In this document: positions 17,914-26,943 of the stretch, in pieces
How the letters are laid out: each line of letters begins with the position of its first letter
How positions within the stretch are numbered: the stretch's first letter is position 1
DNA from: a bacterium
GTDB lineage: Bacteria > Patescibacteriota > Minisyncoccia > Phycocordibacterales > UBA6899
Direction of reading: 5' to 3'
Length of the DNA stretch: 64,000 nucleotides
Assembly: GCA_043736515.1 (NCBI GenBank)
Contig: JAYTCK010000013.1
Coordinates: 12,214-76,213 of the forward strand
The notes under the pieces: generated by a model
Seen by the model: only the letters and a program-made list of their open reading frames with translations
Told to the model about the DNA's origin: nothing
The model's database searches: none
Translations under genes and position numbers: made by a program

Positions 17914-19623
17914 TTATGAGCTCTTTGTTGCACGCACAATCTCCTCGAGAGTTGTTTCTCCTGAAAGCACCTTGGTAATGCCGTCTTCGAGCATGGTTTT
18001 CATCCCTTCGGCGCGTGCCTGTTTGGTGATGATTTCGGCGGACGAACGGGCTGCAATGAGTGCGCGAATCTGGTCGGAAACTTCCATGACTTCAAAGATT
18101 CCAAGGCGGCCGTGATAACCCGTATCGCCGCATAGCTTACATCCATTCTTTGCGCCACGGTAAAAACGAATTTTTGCAATGTCCTTTTTTCCGGAAAATT
18201 CTTTGATCAACTTGGTCAGCTCCGGTTCACTTTTTAAAAGTGCTAATTCATCTCCCCCAAGGAAATAATTGGTTCGACATCTGTCACAAACACGTCGCGT
18301 GAGACGTTGAGCAATAATGATATTGATCGAAGAAGAAATAAGGAAAGGCTCAATCCCCATTTCAACAAGTCGAGGAAATGTTGTTGATGCATCATTGGAG
18401 TGTAATGTTGAGAGAACAAGATGTCCGGTCATTGCAGCATTCACCGCAATTGACGCAGTCTCGTTATCGCGAATTTCTCCAACCATCACAATATCAGGAT
18501 CTTGGCGTACGATAGAACGCAGTCCTGTTGCAAAGGTAAGTTTCTTTTTTTCGTTCACCTGCGTTTGTTGGACATGCTCAACAGCATACTCAACCGGGTC
18601 TTCAATTGTCATAATATTCACATCAGATGTATTCAGGATTTGGAGGATAGCGTAGAGGGTCGTTGTTTTTCCAGCACCTGTCGGTCCCACAGTAAGAATC
18701 ATGCCGTATGGCTTGCGTGACGCGCGTTCTACTTTTGCTAAATCGGAAGTATCAAATCCAATGTCAGTGAGTGAGAAGCGCTGTGACTCTTCAGCCAAAA
18801 GACGCATGACAATATTTTCTCCGTGCGTCACGGGAAGTATTGAAAGACGCACATCAAATTTTTCCGGGCGTTCATTTGGGGTAAGAGGGTCTGCCGCAAA
18901 ACTAAATCGTCCGTCCTGCGGAGCCGCGTGTTCATCAGTACGAAGTCGAGACATGATCTTAAGGCGAAACACAACCTTCTCATGAAGTGGCAGTGGGTAG
19001 CGCGATAGTTCATGCAGTATGCCGTCGATACGAAACCTAACCGACACATGTGCGAGGAGTGGTTCAATATGAATATCAGACGCACGAGAAGAGTGCGCAT
19101 ATGCAAGAATGTAACTTACAAATGTCACTACGTCTTGATCGCGAAATTGTACCTTGAGCTGCTCCAATGTTTTTTCGATTTTATCTCCAAAACTTTTTTC
19201 ATATTGCCTGAGCACTTCACGCAATGCTTTAGGGGTCGCATACGAGATCAAGACCGTCTTCCCATGCTTGCGTTCAATCATGTTAAAAAATTCGTAGTTG
19301 TTGGGATTTGCAGTTGCAATGGAGAGAGACTTCTCATCTTGCCGAAAAATTACCGCCTCCTGACTGCGTGCAACAACCTCGGGAAGAAGTTCGAGTAACT
19401 CTTTTGGAATCCTCTCTTGTGCGAGGTCGATGAAATTAACTTGAAAAATACTTGCGAGCAATTGTCCAAGATGTGCGTCGGAAATAAGTCCGCTCTGCGG
19501 CAAGTATTCGAGGATTGGAATCCCCTTTGCTTCGACATCTTTTGCAGCCTGATCAAACTCCTCGGCTGTCACAAGGTTCATGCCGAGTAAGTATGTTTTA
19601 ATTTGTGCTACGGAAATTTCCAT
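17914..19623 (-). CDS. pilB: Type IV pilus assembly ATPase PilB (GspE family)
   Basis: Walker A GPTGAGKTTT, GspE N-terminal domain, C-terminal tetracysteine motif. Confidence 0.9.
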   Translation of the reverse strand: MEISVAQIKTYLLGMNLVTAEEFDQAAKDVEAKGIPILEYLPQSGLISDAHLGQLLASIFQVNFIDLAQERIPKELLELLPEVVARSQEAVIFRQDEKSLSIATANPNNYEFFNMIERKHGKTVLISYATPKALREVLRQYEKSFGDKIEKTLEQLKVQFRDQDVVTFVSYILAYAHSSRASDIHIEPLLAHVSVRFRIDGILHELSRYPLPLHEKVVFRLKIMSRLRTDEHAAPQDGRFSFAADPLTPNERPEKFDVRLSILPVTHGENIVMRLLAEESQRFSLTDIGFDTSDLAKVERASRKPYGMILTVGPTGAGKTTTLYAILQILNTSDVNIMTIEDPVEYAVEHVQQTQVNEKKKLTFATGLRSIVRQDPDIVMVGEIRDNETASIAVNAAMTGHLVLSTLHSNDASTTFPRLVEMGIEPFLISSSINIIIAQRLTRRVCDRCRTNYFLGGDELALLKSEPELTKLIKEFSGKKDIAKIRFYRGAKNGCKLCGDTGYHGRLGIFEVMEVSDQIRALIAARSSAEIITKQARAEGMKTMLEDGITKVLSGETTLEEIVRATKSS

Positions 19624-19634
19624 CTGTGAGAAAC

Positions 19635-20006
19635 TTATTTACCGGAAGGAGGGAGTACGCAGATTGCTTCAACAATATTGTGGACAGTGTTTTCGCCTTT
19701 CATAAAGTATGCGGTTGCACCTAGCGATAATGCCTCCTCTTTATCATGCTCTTGCGCCAGTGTGGAAAAAATAAATATCGTGGCATGTTTCGCTTCGGGT
19801 AAATTGTGGATTTTTTCAAGCACTTCAAAACCATCTGTTTTGGGTAAAATCAAATCGAGGACTACAACATCGGGTTTCCATTCTTTTACTTTTTGAATGC
19901 CCTCCTCTCCACCAGCAACAACAGCTACCTCCATGTTTGCCTGATGCAATTCAGACTCGAGGAGCGTGCTCAAGAATTTATCATCGTCAATTACTAAAAC
20001 TTTCAT
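19635..20006 (-). CDS. Single-domain response regulator (receiver)
   Basis: MKVLVIDDD..., DVVVLDLILP, K near the C-terminus. Confidence 0.8.
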   Translation of the reverse strand: MKVLVIDDDKFLSTLLESELHQANMEVAVVAGGEEGIQKVKEWKPDVVVLDLILPKTDGFEVLEKIHNLPEAKHATIFIFSTLAQEHDKEEALSLGATAYFMKGENTVHNIVEAICVLPPSGK

Positions 20007-20107
20007 AAAGATACTATAGCAGGAGTTAGGGTCTGGTGGCTAGGGTATGGGGTTTAGTGAAATGCTCGATGCAATTCTTCACTAGACACTAGTGGCTATA
20101 CCCTGCA

Positions 20108-20746
20108 TTATTTGTGTCCTAGTGGACATCCACTATGTTTGCGTGCCGGGCAATATTGTCGCCCATATTCGATAAGTAGGTACGTTACGCGGAACCAGTC
20201 CTTTTGAGAAAACATTTCCATGAGGTCCTTTTCGATCTTGTTTGGCAGAATTTCATCCGAAAGACCGAGTACCCGAGCAAGACGTTTCACGTGTGTGTCC
20301 ACAGCAATCCCCTCCACTATCCCATATGCATTCCCCAAGACGACGTTTGCTGTTTTTCGTGCCACACCGGGAATAAGCAGCATCTCCTTCATTGTTCGCG
20401 GCAATGTGCCATGAAACATCTGTTTCACCATACGTGCCGCAGCGAGAATATTTTTTGTTTTGTTACGATAAAAACCGGACTGAAAAATCATTTGCTCAAA
20501 TTCACGAGGATTTGCATGCACATAATCTTCAATTGTGGGGAATCGTGCAAAGAGAGCCGGAGTAATTTCATTAACTTTTTTGTCGGTACACTGCGCTGAA
20601 AGTTCCACTGCAACGAGAAGCTCCCAGTTATTTGTAAAACGAAGCATCATTCCTGCACCAGGAATAAGTCGTTTTAGTTTTTTTAAAATAGCTCTACCCC
20701 GCAACATGCGTGCACGTTTCTGAGATATCGTTTCATGACGTTTCAT
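20108..20746 (-). CDS. nth: Endonuclease III (HhH-GPD DNA glycosylase with 4Fe-4S cluster)
   Basis: LIPGVARKTANVVLGNAYG helix-hairpin-helix. C-terminal Cys cluster CPARKHSGCPLG. Confidence 0.9.
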   Translation of the reverse strand: MKRHETISQKRARMLRGRAILKKLKRLIPGAGMMLRFTNNWELLVAVELSAQCTDKKVNEITPALFARFPTIEDYVHANPREFEQMIFQSGFYRNKTKNILAAARMVKQMFHGTLPRTMKEMLLIPGVARKTANVVLGNAYGIVEGIAVDTHVKRLARVLGLSDEILPNKIEKDLMEMFSQKDWFRVTYLLIEYGRQYCPARKHSGCPLGHK

Positions 20747-21258
20747 ATACTCGAATCGAATACAGGGCGACCGACATACGGGGGTATCGCAGCAACAGAT
20801 TCTCCGGAGATTGTGAGATTGTGCACGTCCACAACAAAGCGAGTGAGCGCTCCATTACTCCTTCCGTAGAACATTAGTGTTGTTGCGGTGAGCCACGTGA
20901 ATGAGACATCATCCGCCTCAACAGAAAACGCACCTTCAAGAACATATAAAGCACGTGGGCGGGCGACCTCAACATACACCGCAGGCATTCCAGAGTGAGT
21001 GGGAGCAACGTATGCTCTCTTTGTTCGCAAATGATTCGCATACTGTGCATCTATGGGCACGCTTGGCGCATTTGTAATTTCTCTTATCACAAGCACGCCA
21101 TCGATTGATTGTCCCACCGTGACACTTTGTGTTTCACGGTACATTGCTAATTTTGCTGTTTCAGGTGAAACACGAGAAAAAAAATCTCCGGATGTTTCAT
21201 ACGCGAATGCGAGCAGGGCAATAAGGAGGGCGATAATGGTGAACAGGTATCGTGGCAT
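20743..21258 (-). CDS. Hypothetical membrane-anchored or secreted protein
   Basis: N-terminal TM/signal segment LFTIIALLIALLAFA. No recognisable domain. Confidence 0.35.
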   Translation of the reverse strand: MPRYLFTIIALLIALLAFAYETSGDFFSRVSPETAKLAMYRETQSVTVGQSIDGVLVIREITNAPSVPIDAQYANHLRTKRAYVAPTHSGMPAVYVEVARPRALYVLEGAFSVEADDVSFTWLTATTLMFYGRSNGALTRFVVDVHNLTISGESVAAIPPYVGRPVFDSSI

Positions 21259-21347
21259 ATTTTTAGTGTAGCGAAGTAGAAAAAAAGTACAACCCAGCCC
21301 CAGTTTTGTTTATGGGGATTGCAAAACTGGAGCTGGGCGAGCGGGAT

Positions 21348-21836
21348 TTACACTTTGGTGATAATTTCTACTACCCCCGTAGCACAATCAAAATAGACAT
21401 TACGCCCCACCGTTCCGCCGATCACTTCTGTTTCAATTTTTATTCCCAATTCAAGGAGGCGAGCTCTGGCAGACTCAGTGTTTTCAAAGCCAATACCTTT
21501 TTTGTCACCATCAAGAAGTGTAAACATATGTGCGCCTCCCACGAGTTTAGCAACAAGACTTTCGCGCTTAGCTCCCCGTGCTTCAACCTCAAGGAGAAGG
21601 ATATCAATTGCCTTGTCCGCATATTTTGAAAAAAGTCTTCCCTCACTATCCCGGGTTGTATTTTGGTATTGATCGTCCCTTGCACGGGGAAGGATCGCAT
21701 GGGCCATTCCACCCACACGAGCAAGTCCGTCATGAAGCACAACAACAACGCATGAGCCAACACCATTTGTCACAATGGTGTACTCGTGATTTCCTGCAAA
21801 CAATTCCGCGATGCGAATTTCGATAGTTTTGCTCAT
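21348..21836 (-). CDS. cheD: CheD chemoreceptor glutamine deamidase
   Basis: GVGSCVVVVLHDGLARVGGMAHAILP matches the CheD signature. Confidence 0.8.
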   Translation of the reverse strand: MSKTIEIRIAELFAGNHEYTIVTNGVGSCVVVVLHDGLARVGGMAHAILPRARDDQYQNTTRDSEGRLFSKYADKAIDILLLEVEARGAKRESLVAKLVGGAHMFTLLDGDKKGIGFENTESARARLLELGIKIETEVIGGTVGRNVYFDCATGVVEIITKV

Positions 21837-21840
21837 ATCA

Positions 21841-22491
21841 TTATGAGACTATTTTACTTGTGAGCCTCAAAATTTCTTTTACGGCCTCTGGTCCAAGAAA
21901 AAGATACATGCGGCCTGTAACTTCTTCACCAAGATGACAGTCAGTTGCGTCTGGTGATGGATCAACACAAATGGTTACATTCATGGAAAAAAATTCTTCG
22001 TGCCGGGCAAACATTGAGGCGGTCAGCGAGTTGAAGATTGCTCCACCCATATCAACAACAACATTCGGTACGGAATGCTCGAGTGAACAATGAAGGAATT
22101 TTTCAAGTCCCTGGAGCATTCCTCCTGTCAGCACATTTCCTACTTCTTGAAAGACGGACCTGTCGAATGCATCAAGCGCGCGAAGATCTCCTACTTTTTT
22201 TCCGGAAAGGACTTGAAGAAGGTGTATCGCTGTGTCACGAGGGAAGAGCAGAAAAACATATCCGTCCAAACCACCCGAAATGCGGAGCAACACCGCAAGG
22301 GCAATATCTTGAGGCTTATCGATAAAGTGCGCAGCACTGACAGAAGTTTTGAGAGACGACATGGGAACACTGATCGTTGTCCTCTGTCCTACTAATTTCG
22401 AGAGAGTTGTGCCAGCATGAGACACGCCAATATTTAAAAGTTCAGCAAGCTGGTCTTTTTCATCTGCTGTAAGTTGGAGTAGTGATGTCAT
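21841..22491 (-). CDS. cheC: CheC-family CheY-P phosphatase
   Basis: N-terminus EKDQLAELLNIGVSHAGTTLSKLVGQRTTISVP is CheC/FliY-like. Confidence 0.7.
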   Translation of the reverse strand: MTSLLQLTADEKDQLAELLNIGVSHAGTTLSKLVGQRTTISVPMSSLKTSVSAAHFIDKPQDIALAVLLRISGGLDGYVFLLFPRDTAIHLLQVLSGKKVGDLRALDAFDRSVFQEVGNVLTGGMLQGLEKFLHCSLEHSVPNVVVDMGGAIFNSLTASMFARHEEFFSMNVTICVDPSPDATDCHLGEEVTGRMYLFLGPEAVKEILRLTSKIVS

Positions 22492-22496
22492 AAAAA

Positions 22497-24239
22497 TTAA
22501 TGTGAAGATACTTCTGTAGAAGTCGTTTCACGCAAAATGTCCGCATGAGTGTTCTCCAGTATATCTCCGAATGCGCGAAGGAGTAAACCGTGGGTATCCA
22601 GGAGAAGAACGGTGCGCCCATCGGGAAGAAGGGTTGAACCCGAAAAACCTTGAATTTCGCGCAGGACGGGTGGAAGTGATTTTACCAAAAGCTCCTGCTC
22701 GCCCACACACGAATCAACAACGAGAGCTACTTCTTCTCCTTCTATGGATAGGAGTACAGCGTGAAGCTCTTGTCCCAATACTGTTTTCCGAAATGTATCG
22801 CCAAATGTTATTCCAAGGAGTCGACTAAGCCAAAAGATGGGTACAGGTTTCTCGTTTAATACAATGTTGGGTTGATGGGCACTGCGCACAATAGTATCCG
22901 GAGCAATATCAAATGTCCGCACAATACTCGTAAATGGGACTGCAAAAGTAAATCCACTCGCACGCACAATAAGCACCTTTACCGTCGCAAGAGAAACGGG
23001 TAAGTCGAGCAAAAAGCGTGTCCCTCCTTTTTCAGAAAGTGGCGACACAATACTCACGTGTCCCCCGACATCTTGAGTAAACACGCGCACCGCCGAAAGT
23101 CCGACACCTCTTCCGGAGATATCGGTCACCTCAGTGTTTGTTGACATGTTGGGATTAAACAGGATGTCAGCAATTTCATTATTACGGAGCACCACTCCAA
23201 CTTCTTTACTTACTATTCCACGTTCAATTGCAACTTCTCGTACACGTTCGTAATTTATTCCTGCACCGTCATCTGAAACGATTACATGCACACGATCATT
23301 TTTTCGCTCCGCCTTAAGTGTCACTGTTCCGCTCTTTACAATGCCATGATCAACGGCATTTCGTAGAAGATGTGCGAGGGCTCCACCTAAACCTTCAAGC
23401 ACCGTACGATCGAGTTCGACATCGCTTCCTTCTACGTGAAACGACACCTGCTTGCCTTCTCGAAGCGACAAATCCCGGATCATGCGAGGGAACTGCCCAA
23501 ATATCTGTTCAACGGGAACCAACCGTACACGCAAGAGTTCACTCTGTGTTTCAGAAAGAAGACGCGCAAGTTCACTGAATAACCCTTTAAACTCTTGGAC
23601 AAAAAATAACTTTTGCTTCAGCATGGGGTCTGCAGTTGTTTTCGAAATATCCACAACCGGCTCTAGTATCGTGTCGAGCTTAAGGCGAAGCATGAGCATT
23701 TCTTCAAAAAGTCCCATGAGTGCGTCAAGACGTTCAACCGCAACGCGCACTGTTGTTGGCGGAACATAAGGAGCACTAATCAGATTTTTATTTACCACAG
23801 GAGTCGACACTGGTGGGGTTATGGGTGCTGTTTTTTCGGAAGTCCCGTTTGTGGATGGCTCGAGAAGCACCTTCAATGCACTTACGGTTGTCTCGACAGA
23901 AAGCTCTTTGTCAGCTTCTTTAATAGAAGCGAGCGACTGACCAAGATGATCTGTAGCAAGAAGTGCTGCGCTTACTGCCTCTTTGGAAAGCACGAGTGTG
24001 CCTTGTTCACACGCACGAAACACATCTTCCATAAGATGTGCGAGTCGCGCCATTTCCGTATAGCCCATAGTCGCTGAGGATCCTTTAATAGTATGTGCAC
24101 TGCGCATCAAGGTAGCGTAATGCTCAAGGTTACGCGGATCTTCTTCCAGCAAAAGAAGTGTGCGTGAAAGAGTGCTCAGCTGATCTTCGGCTTCCGTACA
24201 AAAAAGGTCTTTAAACTTACTTCTGGCATCAGGAGTCAT
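22497..24239 (-). CDS. cheA: Chemotaxis histidine kinase CheA
   Basis: HPt domain HTIKGSSATMGY, HATPase LLRNAVDHGI and DDGAGI, C-terminal CheW-like domain. Confidence 0.9.
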   Translation of the reverse strand: MTPDARSKFKDLFCTEAEDQLSTLSRTLLLLEEDPRNLEHYATLMRSAHTIKGSSATMGYTEMARLAHLMEDVFRACEQGTLVLSKEAVSAALLATDHLGQSLASIKEADKELSVETTVSALKVLLEPSTNGTSEKTAPITPPVSTPVVNKNLISAPYVPPTTVRVAVERLDALMGLFEEMLMLRLKLDTILEPVVDISKTTADPMLKQKLFFVQEFKGLFSELARLLSETQSELLRVRLVPVEQIFGQFPRMIRDLSLREGKQVSFHVEGSDVELDRTVLEGLGGALAHLLRNAVDHGIVKSGTVTLKAERKNDRVHVIVSDDGAGINYERVREVAIERGIVSKEVGVVLRNNEIADILFNPNMSTNTEVTDISGRGVGLSAVRVFTQDVGGHVSIVSPLSEKGGTRFLLDLPVSLATVKVLIVRASGFTFAVPFTSIVRTFDIAPDTIVRSAHQPNIVLNEKPVPIFWLSRLLGITFGDTFRKTVLGQELHAVLLSIEGEEVALVVDSCVGEQELLVKSLPPVLREIQGFSGSTLLPDGRTVLLLDTHGLLLRAFGDILENTHADILRETTSTEVSSH

Positions 24240-24286
24240 GTGTCTATTGTATCAGACATCATCCCGAAGTGAGCGTGGGGTAGCTC

Positions 24287-25372
24287 CTAGAATTTGCTGA
24301 CCCGATCAAGAATCCAATTAGGGATTTCCTCGAGGGCAAGTACTGCATCAACAACACCTTCGTGAAGGGCGCTTTTGGGCATAAATGGCACCACTGCTGT
24401 TTCTGGATCCTGGACAACTGTTACACCGCCATAAGATTTTATTGCACGGAGTCCCAATGTCCCATCACTTCCCATTCCTGAAAGCAACACCCCAAATACA
24501 CGCGAACCGTAACTCTTGGCAATTGTTTCCATGGTTTGGTCGATGACACCGTTTTCACTATCAGGGTTTGGAAAAGACAAGACAAATCGATGAGTACCAT
24601 CAGCCTCATCTTTTTTCGAATGCTCCTTATGCAGAAGAGAATATCCGCCGGGTACCACAAGTGCCGTGCCGGGCATAAATGCGTCATTGCCTTTTGCTTC
24701 CCGCACAGAAAGTCTGACGGTGCGATCGAGTCGTTCAGCAAAAAGCTCCGTAAAATATTTTGACATGTGCTGCACAACAACAAAAGCGATCTGTGGGGTT
24801 GGTGGAAAAATAGTGAGGAAGTGCTCAACTAATGGTGGTCCTCCAGTTGAAGCACCGATTACAACCACCGAAAGCGGGCTGTCATTGTGTGCATTACTTG
24901 GGATTGGTTTAGTACCGTGTATTTCAAGGTATGCGTATGCTTTCCTAATTTTTACTTGTTGAACCCCCACCTCATATATTTTTGAAACAATGGATTCTGC
25001 GATTTTTTCCAAATCCAAAGAAACCTCACCTGAAGGTTTTGCTATCACATGTGCTCCCGACTCACGTAACATCTGAAATACTTTTTGCCCGTCGGTGCCG
25101 TCAAAAGCGGAAAGCATGATGATCGCGGGAAGGATTTGATCGCCAAGCATAATCTCTGCCGTAGCTTCAATGCCATTTTTCTGAGGCATATGATAATCCA
25201 TCGTGATCACATCAGGCCTGAGATCTCGAGCAAGCCGCACAACTTCAGTCCCGGTGCTTGCAGTGCCAACAACCGTAATGCCGCTGTGCGCACGAAGAAG
25301 CTCGACGACATAGGTACGAATAAAAAATGAATCATCCGCTACGAGCACGCGAATGTCATCATTGTGATCCAT
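24287..25372 (-). CDS. cheB: CheB methylesterase (receiver plus methylesterase domain)
   Basis: RVLVADDS...TMDYHMP, VVIGASTGGP. Confidence 0.9.
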   Translation of the reverse strand: MDHNDDIRVLVADDSFFIRTYVVELLRAHSGITVVGTASTGTEVVRLARDLRPDVITMDYHMPQKNGIEATAEIMLGDQILPAIIMLSAFDGTDGQKVFQMLRESGAHVIAKPSGEVSLDLEKIAESIVSKIYEVGVQQVKIRKAYAYLEIHGTKPIPSNAHNDSPLSVVVIGASTGGPPLVEHFLTIFPPTPQIAFVVVQHMSKYFTELFAERLDRTVRLSVREAKGNDAFMPGTALVVPGGYSLLHKEHSKKDEADGTHRFVLSFPNPDSENGVIDQTMETIAKSYGSRVFGVLLSGMGSDGTLGLRAIKSYGGVTVVQDPETAVVPFMPKSALHEGVVDAVLALEEIPNWILDRVSKF

Positions 25373-25399
25373 AAATATACAAAAGGCGCAGAGAAAGAG

Positions 25400-25765
25400 T
25401 TACGCGCTCAAATAGTGCTTTGCTTTATCAAGCACCTGGTCACGATCAAAAGGTTTCACAACGTAATCAAGTGCACCGAGAGACTTTGCTTCGGAGATCA
25501 TTTCCTGCTGTCCTACCGCAGACACAACAATGATTTTTGCTTCCTTGCCAATTTCGCGGAGTACATCCATTCCATTGAATTCCGGCATGATCATATCAAG
25601 AAATACAAAATCAGGATGTTCACTCTTGTATTTTTCAAGTCCCTCTCGTCCGTTACTTGCTTCAACAAAAGAGGAGTAGCCGGCGCTTTCAAAAATATCT
25701 CGAAGCACCTTCCGCATAAATGCGGAGTCATCAATAATTAAAATTTTCTTTGAATTGGTTTCCAT
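25400..25765 (-). CDS. cheY: CheY-like response regulator
   Basis: KILIIDDSAFMRKVL, FVFLDMIMP, VVKPF. Start taken at the internal Met METNSKK. Confidence 0.85.
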   Translation of the reverse strand: METNSKKILIIDDSAFMRKVLRDIFESAGYSSFVEASNGREGLEKYKSEHPDFVFLDMIMPEFNGMDVLREIGKEAKIIVVSAVGQQEMISEAKSLGALDYVVKPFDRDQVLDKAKHYLSA

Positions 25766-25810
25766 AATGTAAGAATAGTGTAACATACGTGCCCTAATTC
25801 CGTGAAGTCT

Positions 25811-26464
25811 CTACGGTGCTAGTGGTGCGTCAGCAACGTGTAAAAGATCTTCTTGATTCAATATTTCCTCAAAATTAAGCCATAATACGGGTCGGAGTTG
25901 GTTTGTTTCAGGCAAAGGAGTGGGTGCTACTGGTTCCGGCCTGATCATAAAATCTTGTACATTATTTTGCTGCTGGAGTGGGAGCATATACATGAACATT
26001 CCTTTTACATAGCGTGGCGGAATATGTGCCGCTATGACGGGGTCAGGCGCAACAACATCCTTTTGCAAAATATGCACCACTGTTTTGGGGTGATCGACAA
26101 GAACTGCAAAATAGTTATTCTGTGTGTGTATGACAAAAAGATAACTTGGAATAAGTGGTCTCGTCCTCGCAAGATGCATGCGCTTGAGAATATCGAGTAC
26201 GACAACAACCTTACCGCGCATATGAAAAATCCCTGCGATGGATATTGGGGCATTCGGAACAATCGTCACAGGAGGGATTTTCATCACGTGATCAACATCG
26301 AGCGCCGGGACAGCATATATTTCCCCATCAATCTCAAAAAGAAAAAATTGCATGCGGTCATTCTCTTTTGTTGCATCTGATAGAGAATTAAATGCTTCAA
26401 TTGTTGGATCGGTTAATGTTTCCATACTATAGAGTATTGTAGCGCGGAGTGGGGTGCACAACAA
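25811..26464 (-). CDS. cheW: CheW-like coupling protein with a C-terminal extension
   Basis: FLFEIDGEIYAVPALDVDHVMKIPPVTIVPNAPISIAGIFHMRGKVVVVLDI. Confidence 0.75.
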   Translation of the reverse strand: MLCTPLRATILYSMETLTDPTIEAFNSLSDATKENDRMQFFLFEIDGEIYAVPALDVDHVMKIPPVTIVPNAPISIAGIFHMRGKVVVVLDILKRMHLARTRPLIPSYLFVIHTQNNYFAVLVDHPKTVVHILQKDVVAPDPVIAAHIPPRYVKGMFMYMLPLQQQNNVQDFMIRPEPVAPTPLPETNQLRPVLWLNFEEILNQEDLLHVADAPLAP

Positions 26465-26585
26465 ATGCGCCGGGAATTTCTCGCCTTACAGGCGCAGTAC
26501 CCCTTTCCCATTTCTGAGGATTCAGAAATCCTCAGAAATATGGGAGAAGGGCTTCGAATCCCGACGAAAGGCACGCAGGTGCCTT

Positions 26586-26648
26586 TCTCGCCCCGACAAT
26601 ATGAAAAAAGAACCTTCATTAGGTTCTTTTTTTATATTGTCGGGGCGC
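26586..26648. terminator. Long nested perfect hairpin abutting or overlapping the tRNA-Pro 3' end
   Basis: GCCCCGACAATAT-[GAAAAAAGAACCT TCAT TAGGTTCTTTTTT]-ATATTGTCGGGGC. Confidence 0.5.
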
Positions 26649-26712
26649 CGGGATTCGAACCCGGAGTCGCTCGCTCCCAAAGCGAGAATGTTAGCCGTTA
26701 CACCACGCCCCG
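26640..26712 (-). tRNA. tRNA-Pro(UGG), no encoded CCA
   Basis: Reverse complement CGGGGCGTGGTGTAACGGCTAACATTCTCGCTTTGGGAGCGAGCGACTCCGGGTTCGAATCCCGGCGCCCCGA. Anticodon loop TTTGGGA. Confidence 0.85.
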
Positions 26713-26782
26713 TATATTTACTACCTTGTGACACACGCTCATTTCGCACAAGCACTGAGTGTTAGCCGTCTCCGTACCGGAG

Positions 26783-26870
26783 CTGTACACCTTTTGGATT
26801 TTTCGGAAAAAACCTCAAAAGGTCTTGCGGTGTGGCTCCCATAGGAATGGGTTCCCTTTTGCCACACCTC
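26783..26870 (+). repeat. tRNA-associated structured repeat, copy B. Followed at 26871-26883 by a duplicate of the first 13 nt of tRNA-Pro. A D-loop fragment (TGTTAGCCGT) lies on the other side at 26760-26769
   Basis: CTGTACACCTTTTGGATTTTTCGGAAAAAACCTCAAAAGGTCTTGCGGTGTGGCTCCCATAGGAATGGGTTCCCTTTTGCCACACCTC. Confidence 0.7.
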
Positions 26871-26943
26871 ACACCACGCCCCGTTAAACAACAAAACGCT
26901 CATCTGAGCGTTTTGAGTATAGCAGATAGTGAAACAAAGACAA

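Noticed and set aside
26465-26580. Additional tRNA upstream of tRNA-Pro
   Set aside because: A T-arm-like GGGCTTCGAATCCCGA and several hairpins are present. However, no full cloverleaf with a matching acceptor stem could be built.
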